This document shows, piece by piece, positions 58,581 through 64,000 of a DNA stretch of 64,000 bases; positions within the stretch are counted from its first letter, which is position 1, and each line of letters starts with the position of its first letter. Under the pieces are notes generated by a model. The model did not search any database and was not told where the DNA came from. It was given only the letters and a program-made list of their open reading frames with translations. The position numbers and the translations under genes were made by a program. This DNA comes from Eutreptiella sp. 'Long Island Sound 2002' (taxonomy: Eukaryota; Protista; Euglenida): positions 169,756,001-169,820,000 of the forward strand of contig OZ038378.1 of NCBI GenBank assembly GCA_964036045.1, written 5' to 3'.

Positions 58581-61436
58581 TACGCATCGTACAATGAATG
58601 AAAGATTTTCCTGTAGCCCCATGCTGATGTTATTCTGGACCTTGAGCTGCATCATTGTGCTCAGCTAACTCATCTGCTCCAACGATACCCGCCAGGGTCG
58701 CCGCTGCGTTCTCGGCTTTGGACACAGTGGCCCTATTCTGATCATGATGCAAAGGCCTGTCAATGACCGGCAGGGAGAATAACAGGTATGATCCAGTCCT
58801 AGAACGGCACCTACACCGTAAATCACCAACAAACCTTTTGTAGGTTTAATGTGAAGCGACGTTGTAAGGTGCTCTAGACCCTTTGTTGATCTCTCTAACC
58901 AACTCGTTTTTGCGCACGACGACAACTTGGTTGAATTGTATGTTCGAGATGCACCCTGTGTGTGTGGCACCCATCCTATGTGTGTCATTCGGTGTTCCTG
59001 CGCGCCCTATGTATCTTGGGGACCTTTGCGCGCCTTGTGTGAGTTCGCCGCACGCTGGGTGTCCTTTGTGTCCTCTGTGTGCCCCACAACATTGTTGATA
59101 CACATTTGCTTGTGGCCTTTCCTCATGTTTCTCTTTTGGTGCTTCTTCTTTTGGGGCTGCGGAAGAACGGGTTGTAGTTCACATTAGTCGCTGCGTTGTC
59201 GCATCAGCATCACACAGGCGTGTAATGGCTGTCGCACCCGTCTTCAAAACGAGACGCAATTCTTGCGATCGCTAGGATGTTTAAGAACGGCTCTGCCGGT
59301 CTGTAGGCACTGCTCACGCCCCTAGCATGGAGCTCCACTTAACCCAACACCATTGGGCGGCGGGGAGGGGGAGATTGTGGCATCCACCACGCATTTTTCT
59401 TCGGCCGTCATCGTAACTAGTTCGAGTTGGCTGCAGAAAAATGTCCAGTGGGAGTAACCTCTCCCTTTCCTTGTGCTACCGCAAAGACCCCTTGCCTATT
59501 GTACTCTGCATCCCCTTGTTGTTTGCCTTGTGGCTTATATGCGAATGCTAGTGAAATCAGCAGCAGCATGAAACCAACGTTTTGAATGCTGGTGTTATTT
59601 TGGCCAAAACCGCGCACTGAAAAGCTCAACACCCTTAGGGGTGGGAAGGCATGAGGGGGAAGGGAGCTCACCCCCACCCACCAAGTGCACCTTGGCTCAA
59701 GTGGGAGTTCCAGCTGGCAGTGGTGGGTGGTTGGCAGTTGTGGGTGGCTAGCATTGCTGTGTGGACAGCAGTAGTGGGCGGTGGGCAGTGGTTGCCAGCA
59801 TTGGATCTGAACAGTGAGTCATTTTGGTGGCATTTGATCTAAATCATGGTTTCTATTTGTGCCTAAGCAAGCACAGATTTCTGCATCTTTAAATTTTGGC
59901 AAACCATATGTTCAGGGTTAGTGAGGTGATAAAGTGATTGGTGAACTTTCAGCCGGTTCATTGAGTATATTTCCTTGCATATTCGAGTGTTGTAATGAAT
60001 GTTGAATCCTTCACCAACCCTCACACCCACAGCTGATGACCATGCCTGGTTCTTGGTCTGTTCCGATTTGTGTTGGGGAGACTGAGTGTAGGGCGAAATA
60101 TCCTTTCATGCTGCTCTGAGTACACCCTCGAAGGAGCTTGCGATATACTTCAACATGCATTTGGTTTTATTCAGGCACGCAATTCATGGATATTACCAAT
60201 TCAATGGCGGTGTTTGAGATGAACGCAGCACTAGGATTAAGCCAGGATGACGATGACGACGATGATGCTTCGGATTGAGGATTCTCGGACGTCTGATAAT
60301 GGTCTGCAAAACGGCGGCGAAGTGCCTCACTGACCTTCCCCATGTCCTTCAGCTGCTCCTTGTCCACCAACCGGTCTTGGTGGTGCAGCTCCTTGATGTC
60401 GTCCACGCCGAAGCTCTTCTGAGCACACAAAGAGCCCCTTTTCATGGTAGCCGGAGGGGGCCAATGGGGCCAACATGCTGAATTTGCCTATTTTTTCTAT
60501 CTCTCTGTTTTTAGACTGGATTCCCAGAATCTACTGTGCACGCATGCATGCAATCTCTTTAGTAGAAGACCAAACCCCACTGTGCCTTACAAATGTAGAA
60601 CATCAGCTCACTGCCATATGTGTTACATATTGTCTGACACAGGTTAAACCCATGGGTTTTTGACAAGTGTTCTGCTGCTTGCTTTGCTGTGCATAGCGAA
60701 TACAGGCAAGACGTGGGCCAAGGTTGCTCGTGGTATTTGGATTTAGATCATGTGTTTCAGGGGTAGTTATTATGTGGGACATCGTCAATGATGTCAATGT
60801 GCCTCAGAGGTTGAGGATACCAAAGCCACAACCTGCCCCTGAGTCTGCAGCCCGACGCAACCCCAAACCTCAGCCCAAGGCATGTGAGCATGTTCAGAAG
60901 TTCCGAATGCGTTACACCTATGATTTGGAGCCCGCTTGCTGGTCGGACGGCGGACACTTTCTGGTGCTTATCGGGATCAAGAGAGTCGGCCCGTTATTTG
61001 AACAGATTCACCCAACCGGAGGGGGGGGTGTCTCTGAAGTGCAAGTGACGGGAGCAGAATGGAAACTGCACTTTGCTGAGGGGTGCCACCCACACACACA
61101 TTTTGACTCCTCCCCATTTTGGGGACCCCTGAAAACGCAGGAGCGTGGGGCACAGTGCACAGCATTACCCAAGATTGTGATCTCCAAGGGGTTTGGAAAC
61201 CCCCTTTTTAAAATTGCCTAGGAAGGGAGGGGGGGAGGGTTTGAGGGCAATTGACGACGCAAACCCCCCTTTTTTTGAAAAAATTTTCGTGCTGACAAAA
61301 TTTTGAATCCCCAAGACCCAAGATGGCACGGGTCATGTAGGCATTTTCACAAGTGAAATATACCTTCATATCAATCCAGGGGTCAATGACGCCGGTCCTC
61401 TCGTTCATCACGTACGCATTGTTTGACCGAGACCGG

Positions 61437-62365
61437 GCACCTCGTTTAACGAGGTGCATGGGGGGGGGGGTTGGCGCGCTAACGAGGCGCACGGGGGGGG
61501 GGGGGGGACTTTGGCGCTAACGAGGCGCACGGGGGGGGGGGGGTTGCGAACGAGGCGAGCGGGGGGGGGGGGGGGTGGCGCTAACGAGGCGCGGGGGGGG
61601 GGGGTTGGCGCTAACGAGGCGCGCGGGGAGGGGGAATTTGCGCGCTAACGAGGCGCACGGGGGGGGGGGTTGGCACTCACGAGACACGTAGTCCACATAC
61701 AAGTCCGTGCATACACGAGGCGGTGCACAAACAAGCCGCTGCATACACAAGGCGGTGCACACACAAGGCGGTGCACACAAAAGGCAGTCTGTAGCCACCG
61801 CAGGAGTCTTGTTATTTAAGGGGCCACAGGCAAGGCGGTACACACAAAAGGCGGTATACACACAAGGCGGTGCACACAAAAGGCGGTCTGTAGCCAACGC
61901 AGGAGTCTTGTTATTTAAGGGGCCGCAGGCAAGGCGGTACACACAAAAGGCGGTATACACACAAGGCGGTGCACACAAAAGGCGGTCTGTAGCCACCGCA
62001 GGAGTCTTGTTAGTTAAGGGGCCACAGGCAAGGCGGTGTATACACAAGGCAGTGCAGATTCAAGGCGGTGCATACATAAGGCGGTGCACACAAAAGGCGG
62101 TCTGTAGCCACCGCAGGAGGCTAGTTATTTACGGGGGGGTGCGGGGGTGTCCCCCGCATTGAGCGAAGCGAGCCGAAGTTGAGGGAGGTCCACATACAAG
62201 GCGGTGCACGGGGGGGGGAGGGTTGGCGCGCTAGCGAGGCGCACGGGGGGGGGGGGGGGGTTGGCGTGGGGGGGCTTTGGCGCTAACGAGGCGCACGGGG
62301 GGAGGGGGGGTTGGCGCTAACGAGGCGCGCGCCGAGCTCGATTTGCGCCTCGTATAACGAGGCGC
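61437..62365. repeat. Palindrome-bracketed element with G-tract/AACGAGGCGC arrays and a central 99-bp tandem repeat
   Basis: Terminal palindromes GCACCTCGTT-T-AACGAGGTGC (61437-61457) and GCGCCTCGT-ATA-ACGAGGCGC (62345-62365). About 9 internal GCTAACGAGGCGC motifs are separated by G runs of roughly 8-14 nt. The 99-bp units start at 61779, 61878 and 61977. Hairpin TGCGGGGG-TGT-CCCCCGCA at 62140-62158. Confidence 0.8.
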
Positions 62366-62399
62366 GCAGTTTCAGCCAAACACTCCACGTACGGGTGTC

Positions 62400-63251
62400 T
62401 AGACATGGTTAGGTCGGCGAACACCAGCGCCCGCAACACACCATCTGATGTTGGTGACTCTGGTTCGGGCTGGTCGAACTTCGGCGGCGAATTGCGTGCC
62501 CTCCTTTGGCCCCTGCCTCTCGGGTTGTACAGGTGCAGCTTCTCTGCCCGCTCACAAACTACTTGCTCTCTCCATGTCCTGTCGTGGTCAGAGCTAGGCC
62601 ATGGGGTGTACGCGGCAGAATCAAGGGCAGCAACTGACGCATATCTGTCAACGTCGGGTCTTGGTCCGGCGCAATGGTACTCTTCGCGCGTGCATTCAGC
62701 AGCCGGTTCTTGAGGATTCCCTCAAGATCCTCAATGTTGCATTTTTTTGGGTGCCCATGCATACACATGAAGGTCGGGTCACCGATTGCGTTCTGCCCCC
62801 CCCCCCCGCCCTTGGAATCACAACAACTGTATTTTGTACACTGCAAAGCCACTGCTTGCGTCTCTACCCTCTTTTGCGCCTTTTTGTTAGGGGCTGGGCA
62901 AACTTGCCATCCTCATTGTCATACTCGCCGTCAGGTGCATCACCAACGCCAGCAATCGCACGATCACTCTGCTCACAAAACCAAATCCGGTCCGGATCTT
63001 CATGGTGGACGCCTGGTCCATCCGTCGCACTATGATCACCCCCCTCCTCCCAGCTTATGCCGTTCTGGTCCGCATGGGCAAGTGCATTCGCATCAGCATC
63101 TCCACCGCCTTGGCCTTCAGCATCGCCATCATCGTGCAAGCCACAGCCATCAATGCCTTCCTCACCGGCCCCATCCACAGTTTCACACACGCCAAAGTCA
63201 TCCACACGTGCGTCCCCATCACTGTCCTTCTCAATTTGAGCATCATACGCC
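62400..63251 (-). CDS. Putative exons of an unknown acidic protein with a KRRKR basic patch, possibly frameshifted
   Basis: D/E/G-rich frame after an AATAG acceptor at ~63252. A 41-nt GT-AG intron after KRRKRG joins it in phase to CCDSKG..CMHGHPKKC. Downstream coding-like text continues only after a frameshift. Confidence 0.35.
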
Positions 63252-64000
63252 TATTGGGCCCGCGCCCGCCCTCGTGCATCTATCTGCTCCGCGCAAGAGG
63301 GGAAGGGTGGTTGGGGGGCACGGAGGGGATGCTGTGTGCCAAGCACACACCGATGCATCTGTTGCACATGGCCAGCATCACCGGCCATTGCATCGTTACC
63401 CGTGACACACCATGACCCAACCACGGATCACCGCAACACTGTTCATTGGCTGCCAATCACAGTAAACTGACCACCATTTGCTCAGCTGAGCAACGGTCAC
63501 AGTCAAGTACAACCAAGGTGGTTGGAAATAGGGAGGGCTACTAGCCACCAGTAGCCCTCCCAATGCCATGAGTCATCACTAGCATCACCACGAGCATATT
63601 GCTAACTGCTAGCCACTATCATCCGACTACCAGGCACCGACATTTAACCGCCTATCACAGTCAGTTGATTGCCAGTCACAGTCAACCATCAAATTGTATC
63701 GCTGGAAACGTATTGTGCAGTGTCATGACAGGGCTGTCCGGATTTTTCATCGAGGGCATTGATTGGTCATCTGCTGGCTTGTGCGCAATATGCCAGTTCA
63801 GTGTCAGGGTCGCTGGATATTTAGGGTAACACTGGTATTGGATTCCAGGAGTAAGAACTGTTGCGTTTCCCATCCAGACATTCTTCAATGTTTGTCTGTG
63901 TGCCAAGGGACAGCCATGCTGCCAACAGTTCCTTGGTATCTAGAGGTGTTGGACACCCGAAAGATGTGTGGGATGCTGGCTTTCAAAGGTGTGTTGAACA

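Noticed and set aside
58600-59150. SWIM/MULE transposase relic
   Set aside because: Only scattered Cys/His residues and no catalytic motif.
60167-61221. Coding-like ORFs on opposite strands (60167-60445 minus, 60724-61221 plus)
   Set aside because: No domain motifs and no consistent splice model; cannot be supported without expression data.
1-64000. Spliced-leader RNA, rRNA or telomeric repeats
   Set aside because: No euglenid or dinoflagellate SL motif, rRNA segment or telomere array was recognised; CTGAGTGTCT at ~8688 is a chance match inside the WD40 CDS.

Overview
Eukaryotic, gene-sparse, repeat-rich 64 kb window. It probably comes from a protist, most plausibly a euglenid. This is an inference from GTRTG-type donors, G after most acceptor AGs, long G/C runs and one-strand gene layout; no spliced-leader sequence was seen. 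All well-supported genes lie on the minus strand. (1) An intronless ~1950-aa protein with 42 WD40 repeats forming six seven-blade propellers, with mosaic near-identical DNA blocks. (2) A gene of 11 or more exons encoding TPR, a degenerate RING-like finger and a right-handed beta-helix. (3) A 3-exon, ~820-aa gene fusing a Dpy-30/RIIa-like docking domain, a C2H2-like finger, an R-S-E (E-x-E) toxin-type ADP-ribosyltransferase, 9 ankyrin repeats and a C1-like finger; the ORF track shows it as three unrelated ORFs. (4) An intronless, bacterial-looking class I SAM methyltransferase. There are also weak fragments of an E2-like gene and of unknown genes. Intergenic DNA holds five copies of a non-autonomous element with asymmetric sub-terminal inverted repeats, a terminal hairpin and ATT at both junctions, in two co-varying subfamilies with nested insertions. 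It also holds a split-direct-repeat element containing a 30-bp-period palindrome array, a palindrome-bracketed G-tract element, several MITE-like elements, a decayed LINE with RNase H, and mini- and microsatellites. Exon models were assembled by hand, and family assignments rest on motif recognition rather than database searches.
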